Source of the DNA: Azolla caroliniana
Taxonomy: Eukaryota > Plantae > Polypodiophyta
Length of the DNA: 64,000 bases
Assembly (NCBI GenBank): GCA_043228905.1
Contig: JBHGNT010000021.1
Location: forward strand, 4,216,001 to 4,280,000
Direction: 5' to 3'
Shown piece by piece: positions 38,901 through 49,730 of this stretch. The position numbers and the translations under genes were made by a program. Positions within the stretch are counted from its first letter, which is position 1. Each line of letters starts with the position of its first letter. The notes below the pieces were generated by a model. The model was not told the origin of the DNA. It did no database searches and was given only the letters and a program-made list of their open reading frames with translations.

Positions 38901-40150
38901 CCTTTTATAATGTTTGTCACAAAATAGTTGAAATTTAATAAAATCCCATATATCTTGGAACTCTTTGAAAACTCTCTTTTTCTAGTCAATCACAAGACTC
39001 TTTTGAAGAACAACTAAATGTTCAGGACCGATAATTATGTTGAAACAAATTAAACATGCTAAATCCCCAAGAACCACATCAATAGGGTCATAATAATATT
39101 CGAGTATGTCCTTTGTTGCAATAGGATGCCCATTGATGACTACTATAGATGTTGTACAAGGAAGTTTATTCAAGGAAATATGTTGCAGTTAGGAAATCTC
39201 TTGATCTGCAAAACATGAATGGACTCCTTAATCAAAGATAACCTTTGGGTTATACCTAGATGTATTGAGCTTGACTCATGCCCAAAAAAATATGTTGTCA
39301 CAATTGGATCAATACGAAGGACAATCTATATGCAATTGCATTGTCAAATCAAACGACTCTAATTTCATATAAAGTTGCACATTTAACACCATTATCTAGT
39401 TGGACAGGGGCTTAGAACCAATCACATGGCACATACTACTACCTTGATGAAATGTTGCCTTAATTTCCATTGGATTGAGGCACTTTATGAGAATAGTTTT
39501 TGTTTATAAGTTCACAAGAAGGGTTATCACTCATGTATGTGTTTACTATGACCTTGAAAGAAATATTTGTTGGTGCTAACTATCAGATCATGTGGCTCAA
39601 CTAATCACCTTGATAAGAGATCTAGGGTATTCATGAAATGTCCAATAGCTCTTTGACATAAATTTGCATTTCGCATTGAAAGTAATTCATCATCACCTCC
39701 TAATCCCATAGGACATCACATGCAAGAAAGCAAACATTTGCAACATAAGCTAAAGTTTGACCATTTTCTTGGCTCTATTCATGGATCTTGTTGATCTATG
39801 TTTTCTCGAAACTTATTAATAAAGCTATTAAAGTTCTCCAATAATGGTGACCTATACTCTAGAAATGGTTCAAACCATGTGAGGTGCATCTGAAGCCTAT
39901 CGTCATAGAGACAACAATGCTCTTGGTTGGTATTCAATTATATATTCTATTCATGGATCTTGTTGATCTATGTTTTCTCGAAACTTATTAATAAAGCTAT
40001 TAAAGTTCTCCAATAATGGTGACCTATACTCTAGAAATGGTTCAAACCATGTGAGGTGCATCTGAAGCCTATCGTCATAGAGACAACAATGCTCTTGGTT
40101 GGTATTCAATTATATATTCTTCCATTCAAATTAGTGAAATGAAATGGTAT
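35950..40150 (-). mobile_element. Highly degenerate chromovirus (Tcn1/Tf2-like gypsy)
   Basis: Remnants of gag, PR and RT (FLVIFTMVILDDIQIYS), IN zinc region (GHIGVYK), IN core (IISDHRPQF, YHPQCD) and a chromodomain start (FEVGYILDSK). Confidence 0.7.
39774..40120. repeat. 172-bp tandem duplication
   Basis: Two apparently identical units starting ctattcatggatcttgttg. Confidence 0.9.
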
Positions 40151-40455
40151 TCTTTAGGTAAATCCTTGTGTTGTCTTTCTTAGCCTTTTGAATACTTAGT
40201 TGTTATAAGTCCCTGAACAACACAGTTGATTGTTAGAACTTTAGACCACAAGATAAACATAAGTGTATTTCGTTTTCGTCATGGGATCAAAGTATACATG
40301 TCTTCTTGATATGTGTCTCCTTCCTAAAAAGGGGTATTCATACATTGAAGCACAATGTCTCTATGTGTGAATAAGGCATGCAAAAATGAGCTCAACCTTC
40401 TAGGCGGTGTCTTAAATATGGCACTTAATGTTGGAGTCTGAGACCGTTAGTGCGG

Positions 40456-40651
40456 TGTCGAGTTGTTACGCTCTTCGCGTGTGGAAAGAGGCGGAACCGC
40501 GGGGGCCTTGGACCAAGGAGTGTGAGAAAGAAGAGAGAGAGAGAGCAGCTTGCGGAAACACAGAGGGAGAAAGAGAGAGAGAGAACAAAGTCTTAATTAC
40601 AAATCAATAACGATTACAACTGGCAAGCCGACAGTGAACCCAACTCAGACG

Positions 40652-40700
<49 letters not shown>

Positions 40701-41778
40701 TGCTCACGCATGCACACAACCCGACTGCACTGTGGAGCCTCTACCGGAAGCACACGGGCTGTCCACGAAGTAGAGGCAACTCAGTCCAAAATCCTCCAGA
40801 GAATGACGAACGAAGGAGGAGAGAGCTCGTTCCCAGTCCGACAGCACTTCGTCCTCGCTCCCAAAAACGCGATATCTTCATCCGCCTTCTTCCTTCCCTT
40901 TTATAGGCTGTCGAGGCAGGCCGTTGCACCCTCGTTTTCATCAATTTATTCTCCGTCCTTTCGGACAGAGATACTCCTTGATTTCCTAGACATTCAATGC
41001 GTCACATCTAGTCTATTTACACCCACTGTCCTACTCCTAGTTATGTACAAGGTAATAATTCGTGTGGAAAAGTGTAGAGCCGGTTCATGCGACCTGCTTC
41101 GCCAATTCCACTTCTGCCCGGTTTTCTTCACGACATCCACCCCCACCAAACCGCGCATCCACTGGTATGCGCTGGAGAGGGACAGATACCGGAGAAAACC
41201 GGCTCGCGTTCACTCGTCGCTCTCCGAACTATCGGCGTCCCCGAACCGATCGTCGTCGTTATCGCTCCCCCGCTCCGGCTCGTCTATGTACCGATTCTTG
41301 AACGCTTTAATCCGCTTCCCGGCTACCGGCACCACCAATTGTGTCCCGTCAAGCTCCGCAAGATGGTACGTGCCGTTGCCGTTCGTGCTCGTCACCGTGT
41401 AGGGCCCGAACCATCTCCTCGTGAATTTGCGGGTCGCCTTGTGCTGGTTGTCGAGGCTGCTGTCGTAAACCAGCACCCAATCGCCTTCCTCAATCTTCTT
41501 CTGTCGTAGCCGGTGCGTCCGGTCAAACCAAGTTTTGTTTCGTTCCCTTGTCGCGCGCAGCTTCTCCTTCGCCCGTTCCACGTCCTCCGGCCTCCGCTCA
41601 AGTTGCCGGATCCGCGCCGCCAACAACTCTTCCCGGCTCATTTCGTTCTGCCAGTCCATCGCGGCCCACGAAGTGATCGTTTTCTCCGCCGGCATGATTG
41701 GCTTCTGCCCGTACATAAGCTCCGTTGGCATGAACCTCGTCACCGAACTGTGCGTAGTTCGATCTGCCCATAGCGCGT
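40456..41778 (-). mobile_element. 3' end of gypsy element E (relative of C): integrase C-terminus, PPT and 3' LTR; interrupted by element B
   Basis: ALWADRTTHSSVT..RWFGPY..AELDG matches the C integrase. PPT at 41135-41148. LTR 40456-41134 contains a (CA)n tract. Confidence 0.9.
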
Positions 41779-42395
41779 TGTTGTGAAGATTTTCGGCAAT
41801 GGTGTGAAAATCACATAAAATGTACAAAATCAAGTGTAAATCATATAAAACAATAATAGTGAATATACTAATTCTAAGTAAGTTTAATATTTTAGTATAA
41901 AATACGAAGATCTTGAAGAGGTGCACTTCACTACATAAGAAACAGACATCTAAGTGTCAATTTATGTGGGTAAGAAGTTGCGAAAGAAAAAGAGAAAATT
42001 ATGAGATATCTCACATAGACAGGACGAATAAGGCTCTCACCATATATAAGGTGGAGCAAAAGTTATTATCTTTGTGTCTATGTGTGGAGCATAGAGAGTT
42101 CAAGGTAACTTGAACTAAGAGTGGAGGTGGCCTAGCTACTTGTAAAGGTTTTGGCCAACCAAAACCGGACCGTCGATGGAGCCGGTGATCCACGACAGCC
42201 GACAAAGCGACGGTGGCACATCGGCAATCGGTGATCCGGCGGAATCGTCATGCGATGGAGACGGAACCGGCATCCGGCAGCATCCGGCGCCTGCGAGGCG
42301 ACGACATCCGACCACAACCAGTAGCCGATGATGGCGCACCGGCATCCGGCGGTAGCCGAGGACATCCGGCGCCGACGACCAAATTAATAAATAAA

Positions 42396-42462
42396 CAAGT
42401 GAGGATTCAAACCTTGCACCTCCTAGTTAAGAGTCAAGAGACTTACCACTAAGCTATGACAT
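42396..42462 (-). other. tRNA(Lys-CTT)-like segment with A/B boxes inside the B 5' LTR (second copy at 53038-53104)
   Basis: gtcatagcttagtggtaag-tctcttgactcttaactaggag-gtgcaaggtttgaatcc. Confidence 0.6.
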
Positions 42463-44115
42463 TTAGTTGAATTTATATTTCTATCATTTTACTTTTATAT
42501 ATAAATTCTCATACATGAGAGCTAAAATAAGTGACATGGTTATCATGCACCACATGTAATACATGAGCGCCAAATGGCAAACATGCATTTTATGCATGTC
42601 TTGAACCCTCAAATGCATGAGGGCATCTATAAAAGAGGGAATGAAAAAGATCAATGGGGGATGCTTTGATAAAAAAAAACATTGTACTTTAAATCAAAAT
42701 TAATATTAAGAAGAAAATTTGTTATCCTTTGTATGATATACATTGTTCTTGAAATCTAAAGTCTAGAGTTCTTAATCTCTCTCAATCTAAAATCAAGCGT
42801 TCTATCTTATCTCAATCTCTCTCTTTCAATCTATCTTAATTCCTTTCCTGCTAAAGCTTGAGCCAACTTCGAGTCCTTCCAGTCCAGAACCCCGACGGTT
42901 CCGCCTCACGATCCGTGCGTAGTGACGGATCTTCACGACATAATTAAGTGGTGAACCCGACGTGAAAGAGGCGGTAGGAAGGATCAAGCTGAGATTAATA
43001 CTTGGAGATGGCGTCCTCAAGCAACCAAGCGGGAGAGCTTGAAAGGATGATGCTTATCGTCGAGCAAATGATGAGATCTCGGGACAACGACGTGAGTGTG
43101 GAGAAGGTTGTCGATCGTGTCGTAGAGCTCGAGGGCCAATTCGATGGAAGGAACATTACGAAGTTCCTTGATGCATATAAAAGGGAGATGAATAAGAGGG
43201 ACGTGTCCGAAGCACGTCAAATCGCAAGCTTTAAGAGAGTTGTCGCCAACAACATCCAAAGACGCGTCATCGAGCTTCAAGAAGGTAAGACAACATGGTT
43301 CGAGTTCGAGAAAACGATACTAGCGGTGTCGGGGTTGCTACGCCCTTGCGTGTAGAAAGGAGGAGGGACCACGGGGGTCTCGAACCGAAGAGCAAGAGAG
43401 AGAGAAGTAAGAGAGAGAGACCCGATTACACAGAACCGAAGATCCGATTGCGCAGGACCGACGATTGCACAGGGACACGGCCCAACAAACAGAGATCACA
43501 AATAAACGCCGACGCAGATGGACGCAACAACGAGGGATATGTACTTATGAATGCAAGAAAATAACAGACTAAAGCATTACAACCCACGGTGGGGCACAAA
43601 ATAGATACTAACGAAAACGAACAGGGCGGCGAACAGCTGCCGACCCCTGTATGTCGCGACGCACAGAAAGGGGAAACAGGTCGGAGGTGCTGCAGGACGC
43701 ACTCGGGGCGTTCCACGGAACAGCGCAAGCCTCCTCGAAACCGGCACAGGTACGCGATGGAGCAGAAGACAGAGAGAGCAGGAGTGAGAGAGAAGCTCCG
43801 AAATCGGTTCGGCAGCACTTCGTCCTCTCCGCGGGAGATGTCGGACTTCTATCCTTCCTCTTCCTTTTATAGCCCGTCAAGAGGCCGTTTGGCATTAACT
43901 GCATACCAACCGAATCTACCCACCTAGGATCCTCGTATGTACCTACTTCGTCCTTAGGTACTTCTTGGCGCGCGTGTGTGTGTAGAGCCGTTTCCCACGC
44001 CTTGTTCCTCCGATTCCTCTTGTGGGCGGTTTTCTTCACGACATCCGCCCCCACCTAACCGCGCATCCACCGGCATGCGCCAAATTAAGTTGGCACGGAG
44101 AAAACCGGCCCGCCT

Positions 44116-47100
44116 CTACTCTTCGCCTGCCGGCCCTTCCTCGGCCTCGGATCGGTCGTCGCTGCTGTCCAGGAGAATCGGGTCGGGTTCGTCGTCGTGC
44201 CGCTTCTTGAAAGCTTTGATCCTCTTCCCGGCCACGGGTATCGCTATTCTCGTACCGTCGAGCTCCGCCAGATGATACGTCCCGTTGTCGTTGGCGCTCT
44301 GTACCGTGTACGGCCCGAACCATCTCCGTGCGAACTTCCGCGTTGCTCGGTGCTGGTTGTCGAGGCTGCTGTCGTAGACGAGCACCCAGTCACCTTCTTC
44401 GATCTTCTTCGGTCGGAGTCGGTGCGTTCGGTCGAACCTGGCTTTGTTCTTTATCCTCGCCACTCGGATCTTTTCTGCAGCCGTCTCCACGTCTTCCGGT
44501 CTCCGTTCGAGTTGTCGTATACGCGCTGCCAACAACTCCTCCCGGCTCATCTCGTCCCTCCAGTCGACCGTTGCCCACGAGGAGATCGTCCGTTCAATCG
44601 GCATGATCGGCTTCTGGCCGAACATGAGCTCTGTCGGCATGTACCCGGTTACCGAACTGTGCGTAGTCCGGTCGGCCCACAAAGCATAAGGTAGAAGTCG
44701 CGGCCAGTTACCGACTTGGCCTCCGCATGCCCGAACCAGCGCCTTAACGATCGGCCCGTGTCCGCGCTCCACCTTTCCATTCGCCTCCGGGTTGTACGCA
44801 GTGGTGAGCGAGAGTTTGACTCCCAGCCGATCGAACAGCTCCGCGGCTTCCTCGGCGTCCAACTCCCCTCGGTCAGCCACGATCTTCCCGACGCACCCGT
44901 ACCGGCATATCACGTCCTCGATCAGGAACCGACACACGGCCGCGGTCGTCTTGTTCTGAAGGGCTCGGCCTTCCACCTGGTTCGTCAGGTCTTCCCGCGC
45001 TAGGACCAGATACCGCATCTGTCCTACCCCCATCGGCATCGTCACTAGATCTACCATCCATTTGAAGTGGATAGTCGGAGGGTACGTAGGGTGAAGCCCG
45101 TCCCGGTGTCGGACTATCGAGTGCATCTGACAACTCTCGCAAGTTGACACGAACCGATGCACGTCCCGGTACAATCCCGGCCACCAGTACTTCCCCTTCA
45201 GCTTCTCAAACGTCGCCCACGTTCCACGGTGTCCAGCCCAAGGGCTGTCGTGGTAGGCCGCCAGTAGCTCCTCCTGTACTTCCTTCATCGCCACCACCCG
45301 GAGCGGGACGCCGTCCCTCTTCTTCGGGTGCTTCCATAGATGCCCATCTCGGAGAAAGAATCGATATGCTTTCTTCCGGATCCGGTTGGCCTCGTCCTTC
45401 GTCCATGACGCATCGGGCGTCATTGTCTTCAAAAACCCGCCGATCTGCAGCCACTCCCCGTCGTACTTGCTCGCGTCGAACTCGTTAAGCGCCGGAGTGC
45501 TCACCCCGTCGGTCGTTATGTATGCCGCCTCGAAGAAATCCACGCCGACTTCTTCGTCTTCCGAAACCATGCCGCCCTCGTCGTCGAACCTCGCCCTCGA
45601 AAGCATGTCGGCCATGGCGTTGTCTTTCCCGGAAATGTGTCGTATTTCCGGGTCCAGGGACTTGATGTACGCTATCCACCTGAGCATCGCCAGGTCCGGA
45701 GTCGCGCATCCGGAAACCATACCGAGAATCGGCAGGCAATCCGTCTCGATGATCACTTCCGTCCCTATCAGGTAGTCTTTGTCGGCCTTAACCGCCGAAA
45801 CAATACCCCAGAGTTCGCGTTTAACCTGGGCGTATCCTCGCTGCCGTTCACTGAGGACTTTCGCGCCGAATCGGATCGGAAACCGATTGCCGTCCTCGTC
45901 TTCCTGGTTCACGACCCATCCGATCCCGGTCGGACTGGTATCCACCGTTATGAATACCGGGGTACCCTTCCCGTATACCGCCTTCCGGAGTGCCGGTGCC
46001 GCTGCAAGGGCCTCTTTCAGCTTCCGGACCGATTCCGCGTGCTCGTCTAGCCATTCGAACCTTCGCCCCTTTTTCAGCAACCCGTACAGTGGCTCCGCGA
46101 GGTGTGCGTAATGCGGGATCCATATGTGGTAGAACGCGCATGCCCCCAGGAATCTCCGTACTTCCGTGACCGAGCTGCAGTCGGGCTTCATCGCGGAGAT
46201 GGCTTCTACCTTTGCCGGAGACGGTTTCCGGCCATACGGTCCACACAGGTGTCCGACCACCATGATTTCTGACTGCCCGAAGGCCGACTTCTCCCCGGAG
46301 AAGGTGAGTCTCGCATCCTCTAGCCTTTGCAGCACCTTCTCGCAGTCGTCGATGTGCGTCGCCACGAATCGCCGGCATCCGTCCAGCCCGATCGTCTCGT
46401 CCCTTTCTTCCACCGGGCATCCCTTGATCGGGATGTCGTCCAGAAACGGCATGGTGATGTCCGGGATACAGTCCCTCAGAACCTTGTTCATCGCATTCAC
46501 CATGTGGGCCACCGAGTTGGTCCCTCCTTGCGGCAGTGTACACATCCGAACTAGGCCGAGGGGAGTTCGCATCGTCGTAATGTCTCTGCTCTCCACGGCT
46601 AGCTGGAACTGGTCGTACCCTGAGTATAGATCCCCGACCGAGTAAATTGACCTTCCGGCGAAGGCCTCCGCGAACTCGTCTATGGTCGGTCCGATCCCTG
46701 CGTTCCGAATGGTCACTCGATTGACCGGCTGCAGGTCCTGGATGAAGCGCAACGAACCGTTTTTCTTCGGTACGGTAAACCATCGATTTGAATATGGGGC
46801 GCTCGACGGCTCGAGAATTCCCATATCAACTTTCTGCCTCAGCAGCTCCATCAACTTCGGGATGTGAGCTCTCGGAACCGGGATTGGCTTGAGATTCCAT
46901 GGTACATGCGGTACCGTGAATATCACCATCGGCTCCACGATCGTCGGGTCAACGCACCCGATTTCCTCCGGCGAGAATGCGAAGGCTTTCCCGTGCCTTC
47001 CGAGCATTCTCCGAAACCGGTCTTCCTCCGCCGGCAGTAGGAACCCGCCCCCACCGATTTTGAGCTCTCGGAGCGTCTCGTCGGTGAAGGCGTGCCCTAT

Positions 47101-47607
47101 ACAGGCCGGATCTCGTAGACTAGGGTCCGATGCAACCCCTTTGATTCTCGACGCGCTGTCCTCCGGTAAGGGTGCCGCGACTGGCCTTACCTTCCGGTCC
47201 ACAGTCTTGTACTTGGTGCTTACGTGGGCCGTCCGAACTGACTCGAGCCCTCGACCGAAGTCCGCGATGACTTCGTACATCTCCTCGGAACACACCGGTA
47301 TCGTCCGGTCTTCGTTAAGGCCTTCTTCGACTACCTTTCCCAGCATTCCCAAGGTGTCGTCGAATGAGACCGCCTCCACGGCTCCGTTGATTTCCTCGTC
47401 AGGGCCGAGAACTCCGCATGCTCGAAGTCTCCCCTCCGCCTTTGTCTTCTCTCGGCCGCCGATGCCGACTATCGTACACGCTCCGCTGTCGGAGAACAAA
47501 AATTCCCTACCTATGGTACAAGGTTTCTTCGGTCTTATCGTACAGGTGTGGGGTTTTCCCGGGGTGTCCGGACTGTCGTGGCCCCACGCCTTGGCAGCCC
47601 TCTCTAA
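44116..47607 (-). CDS. pol: Element C Pol (RT-RNase H-integrase) in the -1 frame, open from the slippery site
   Basis: RT (DLYSGYDQF, LPQG, FLDD), RH (VDTS, KRELWG, ETDC), IN (HHCC, VDLV, ADRGE, NGKVER, GPY). No stop between 47607 and 44116. Confidence 0.93.
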   Translation of the reverse strand, partial: LERAAKAWGHDSPDTPGKPHTCTIRPKKPCTIGREFLFSDSGACTIVGIGGREKTKAEGRLRACGVLGPDEEINGAVEAVSFDDTLGMLGKVVEEGLNEDRTIPVCSEEMYEVIADFGRGLESVRTAHVSTKYKTVDRKVRPVAAPLPEDSASRIKGVASDPSLRDPACIGHAFTDETLRELKIGGGGFLLPAEEDRFRRMLGRHGKAFAFSPEEIGCVDPTIVEPMVIFTVPHVPWNLKPIPVPRAHIPKLMELLRQKVDMGILEPSSAPYSNRWFTVPKKNGSLRFIQDLQPVNRVTIRNAGIGPTIDEFAEAFAGRSIYSVGDLYSGYDQFQLAVESRDITTMRTPLGLVRMCTLPQGGTNSVAHMVNAMNKVLRDCIPDITMPFLDDIPIKGCPVEERDETIGLDGCRRFVATHIDDCEKVLQRLEDARLTFSGEKSAFGQSEIMVVGHLCGPYGRKPSPAKVEAISAMKPDCSSVTEVRRFLGACAFYHIWIPHYAHLAEPLYGLLKKGRRFEWLDEHAESVRKLKEALAAAPALRKAVYGKGTPVFITVDTSPTGIGWVVNQEDEDGNRFPIRFGAKVLSERQRGYAQVKRELWGIVSAVKADKDYLIGTEVIIETDCLPILGMVSGCATPDLAMLRWIAYIKSLDPEIRHISGKDNAMADMLSRARFDDEGGMVSEDEEVGVDFFEAAYITTDGVSTPALNEFDASKYDGEWLQIGGFLKTMTPDASWTKDEANRIRKKAYRFFLRDGHLWKHPKKRDGVPLRVVAMKEVQEELLAAYHDSPWAGHRGTWATFEKLKGKYWWPGLYRDVHRFVSTCESCQMHSIVRHRDGLHPTYPPTIHFKWMVDLVTMPMGVGQMRYLVLAREDLTNQVEGRALQNKTTAAVCRFLIEDVICRYGCVGKIVADRGELDAEEAAELFDRLGVKLSLTTAYNPEANGKVERGHGPIVKALVRACGGQVGNWPRLLPYALWADRTTHSSVTGYMPTELMFGQKPIMPIERTISSWATVDWRDEMSREELLAARIRQLERRPEDVETAAEKIRVARIKNKARFDRTHRLRPKKIEEGDWVLVYDSSLDNQHRATRKFARRWFGPYTVQSANDNGTYHLAELDGTRIAIPVAGKRIKAFKKRHDDEPDPILLDSSDDRSEAEEGPAGEE

Positions 47608-49730
47608 AAATCCTCTCGGTTATCGGAACCGAGGGAGTCGCGGTTACGCTCGTGGTTCGGCCTAACCGTCAAAAACTGGACCGAATGGCGCCCGTCCTGG
47701 CTCTTGACCCGCGCATAGGCCGAACCGTTGTCCAGCACCTTGGTCTCCATTCGAGCCGCCGTGATGTACGGCTCTCCCAGTATGACGGGGTGCGATGACG
47801 ACTCCTGCACGAAGAAGTGCTGGTCTATCTCGACATCGCCGATCTTGACCCGTACATTCGGGCAGGCCCCGTGAAGTTCCTCGGTGGCGCGCGTCGCCGC
47901 CCTTATCTTCCACCCGTGCTTGGTGTTGATCGGCCATTTGCCCTTCTTATAGAAGTCCATGGACATCAGGTTGATTTCCGATCCGTGGTCCACCAAAGCT
48001 ACTACCGGTTCCTGGACATCGCCGATCTTTACCGGGGTTTCCGTGGTCGCTCGGGCCCAGTGTGGCCGCGAATAGTGGCTCTCCGCCCACTCGTCTTCCA
48101 GCGCCATGTCGTCCAGGTGCGTCGTCCGCACTTCCACCGGTCTTTCCGGTTCTGTCTCCGTTGACAGCCTCTTCCGTTTCACCAAGTCCACGATGGAGTC
48201 GTGGAACTCCTTCTTGGCGATTCCCAGCACCTCCCGTAGCGACAGCTCCACCTTGCTGTCGAGGATCCGTTCCTCCAGGACCTTTCGTAAGTCCGTGGTT
48301 CTTTCTATCTCCGTCCCCAGACGGTATCCGCCCTTCTGGGGTTTATCTTGCGTACCGGCCCCGCCGGCTTCGTCCCGTCGTGGCCCGGACCGGGTCTCGT
48401 ATCGTTGTGAGGGCCCGGTCGTCCCGGGTTTCCCCACCCGCTTCTCTTCTACCAGAGCCTCGTAGTTCCGGCAAGCGGCTTCCACGAAGCCCGTCTTTTC
48501 CTCGACCGGGTCGCTCCACCCGGTCATCTCCCGTACCCGTTTCTCCGCACGGTCCGATTCCTCCCTTTTAAGCCCTGCACCGGCAAGGCCTTCCAGCATC
48601 GTCGGCCAGAATCCGGCTTTGCTTTCCTTTCGGGCCTCGCCGCCCCCGACTCGAATACCGGCCGACGCCGAGTAGTGGACGGTTTCCGCATGTCGGGCCG
48701 CCGCCTCTTCCATCAACCTCTTCATTCCGCCTCGCCCGTCGTTTCGGTTTAGGGCCCTTCTCGTGTCGTTGGCGTGAACCCGGCCTTCCCATAGGTACAC
48801 CACCCGGTTCCTCAGCGCCTCTGCGAAATCGCCGCAGTCTTTTCGGATGTGGCCGACCCCGTCGCACCACATGCACCTGTTCCCTGCCGCCGGCCGTCGG
48901 TCACGAGCAGGACCTCCGCCTTCTCTGCGGGCTTGTGCGATTTGGAGGTCTTTTATCGCCCTCGTCAGTTCCTCCAACGCAGCCCCTCCAGTCGAGCCTC
49001 TGATCACGCCGGTCGGAGCTGAACCGGATTCCAGCCACTCCCGAGTCTCTTCCCTTCGCACCGGCTGCGCCGGCTCGAGTTTCCTCGCCGCGACTGAGCC
49101 CGACCCGGTTGCTCTGTCATCCTCCCATTCTCGCCGTTTGTCGAAACGGCCGCAGGCTCTCTTGACCGCCGCCCAGTCGGCTGTCAGCCCGTCTTCGGTT
49201 TCTAGTAGGGCGCCCACGTGACTCCGATCCCTCTCGTTAACCGATTTGACGAACAGCAGGACCCGGCTTGTATCCAGGACCATCCTGTCAAGCGCCGAAA
49301 GGCGCGCGAAGTTCTCCTCGAACTCCCGGAGGAGTGCCGACGCATTCCTTCCTTTCCCGGGAGACTCCACCCACTCCATGAAGCTTCGCTTCGAAAGCCG
49401 GAGCGCGTCGTCCAGTCCGTATTTTTCCAGGAGCCGACCTTCGAACTCCTCCCAGGTACGGCTCTCCGCCCGCACCTCGAGCACCTCCGCGTGGATGCTC
49501 GGCATCGCCACTCGGGGAAAACCGGCAAGACGCCTGTCTTCCGGAATGTCCCGCATTAACATTTCCGCACCGTAGGACGCCAGGTACTTCGTGGCATCCT
49601 TTCCGGTGAATCGACCGATCGTTCCGACGACCGCCTCAATGGCTCTATCGAGGGCGCCGGTGCCCTCGCGCGCGCTTACTATCCGATCCACGGCCGAAGC
49701 CATGGCCTCTGCAAGATCCGCCCCCTTCAT
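47604..49730 (-). CDS. gag: Element C Gag-protease (708 aa)
   Basis: Zinc knuckle CMWCDGVGHIRKDC and protease ALVDHGSEINLM...VILGEPY. Confidence 0.92.
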   Translation of the reverse strand: MKGADLAEAMASAVDRIVSAREGTGALDRAIEAVVGTIGRFTGKDATKYLASYGAEMLMRDIPEDRRLAGFPRVAMPSIHAEVLEVRAESRTWEEFEGRLLEKYGLDDALRLSKRSFMEWVESPGKGRNASALLREFEENFARLSALDRMVLDTSRVLLFVKSVNERDRSHVGALLETEDGLTADWAAVKRACGRFDKRREWEDDRATGSGSVAARKLEPAQPVRREETREWLESGSAPTGVIRGSTGGAALEELTRAIKDLQIAQARREGGGPARDRRPAAGNRCMWCDGVGHIRKDCGDFAEALRNRVVYLWEGRVHANDTRRALNRNDGRGGMKRLMEEAAARHAETVHYSASAGIRVGGGEARKESKAGFWPTMLEGLAGAGLKREESDRAEKRVREMTGWSDPVEEKTGFVEAACRNYEALVEEKRVGKPGTTGPSQRYETRSGPRRDEAGGAGTQDKPQKGGYRLGTEIERTTDLRKVLEERILDSKVELSLREVLGIAKKEFHDSIVDLVKRKRLSTETEPERPVEVRTTHLDDMALEDEWAESHYSRPHWARATTETPVKIGDVQEPVVALVDHGSEINLMSMDFYKKGKWPINTKHGWKIRAATRATEELHGACPNVRVKIGDVEIDQHFFVQESSSHPVILGEPYITAARMETKVLDNGSAYARVKSQDGRHSVQFLTVRPNHERNRDSLGSDNREDF
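47607..47613 (-). promoter_or_regulatory. Putative -1 ribosomal frameshift heptamer G_GAU_UUU
   Basis: Lies immediately before the gag-PR stop. The -1 frame is closed by a TAA four codons upstream. Confidence 0.8.
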
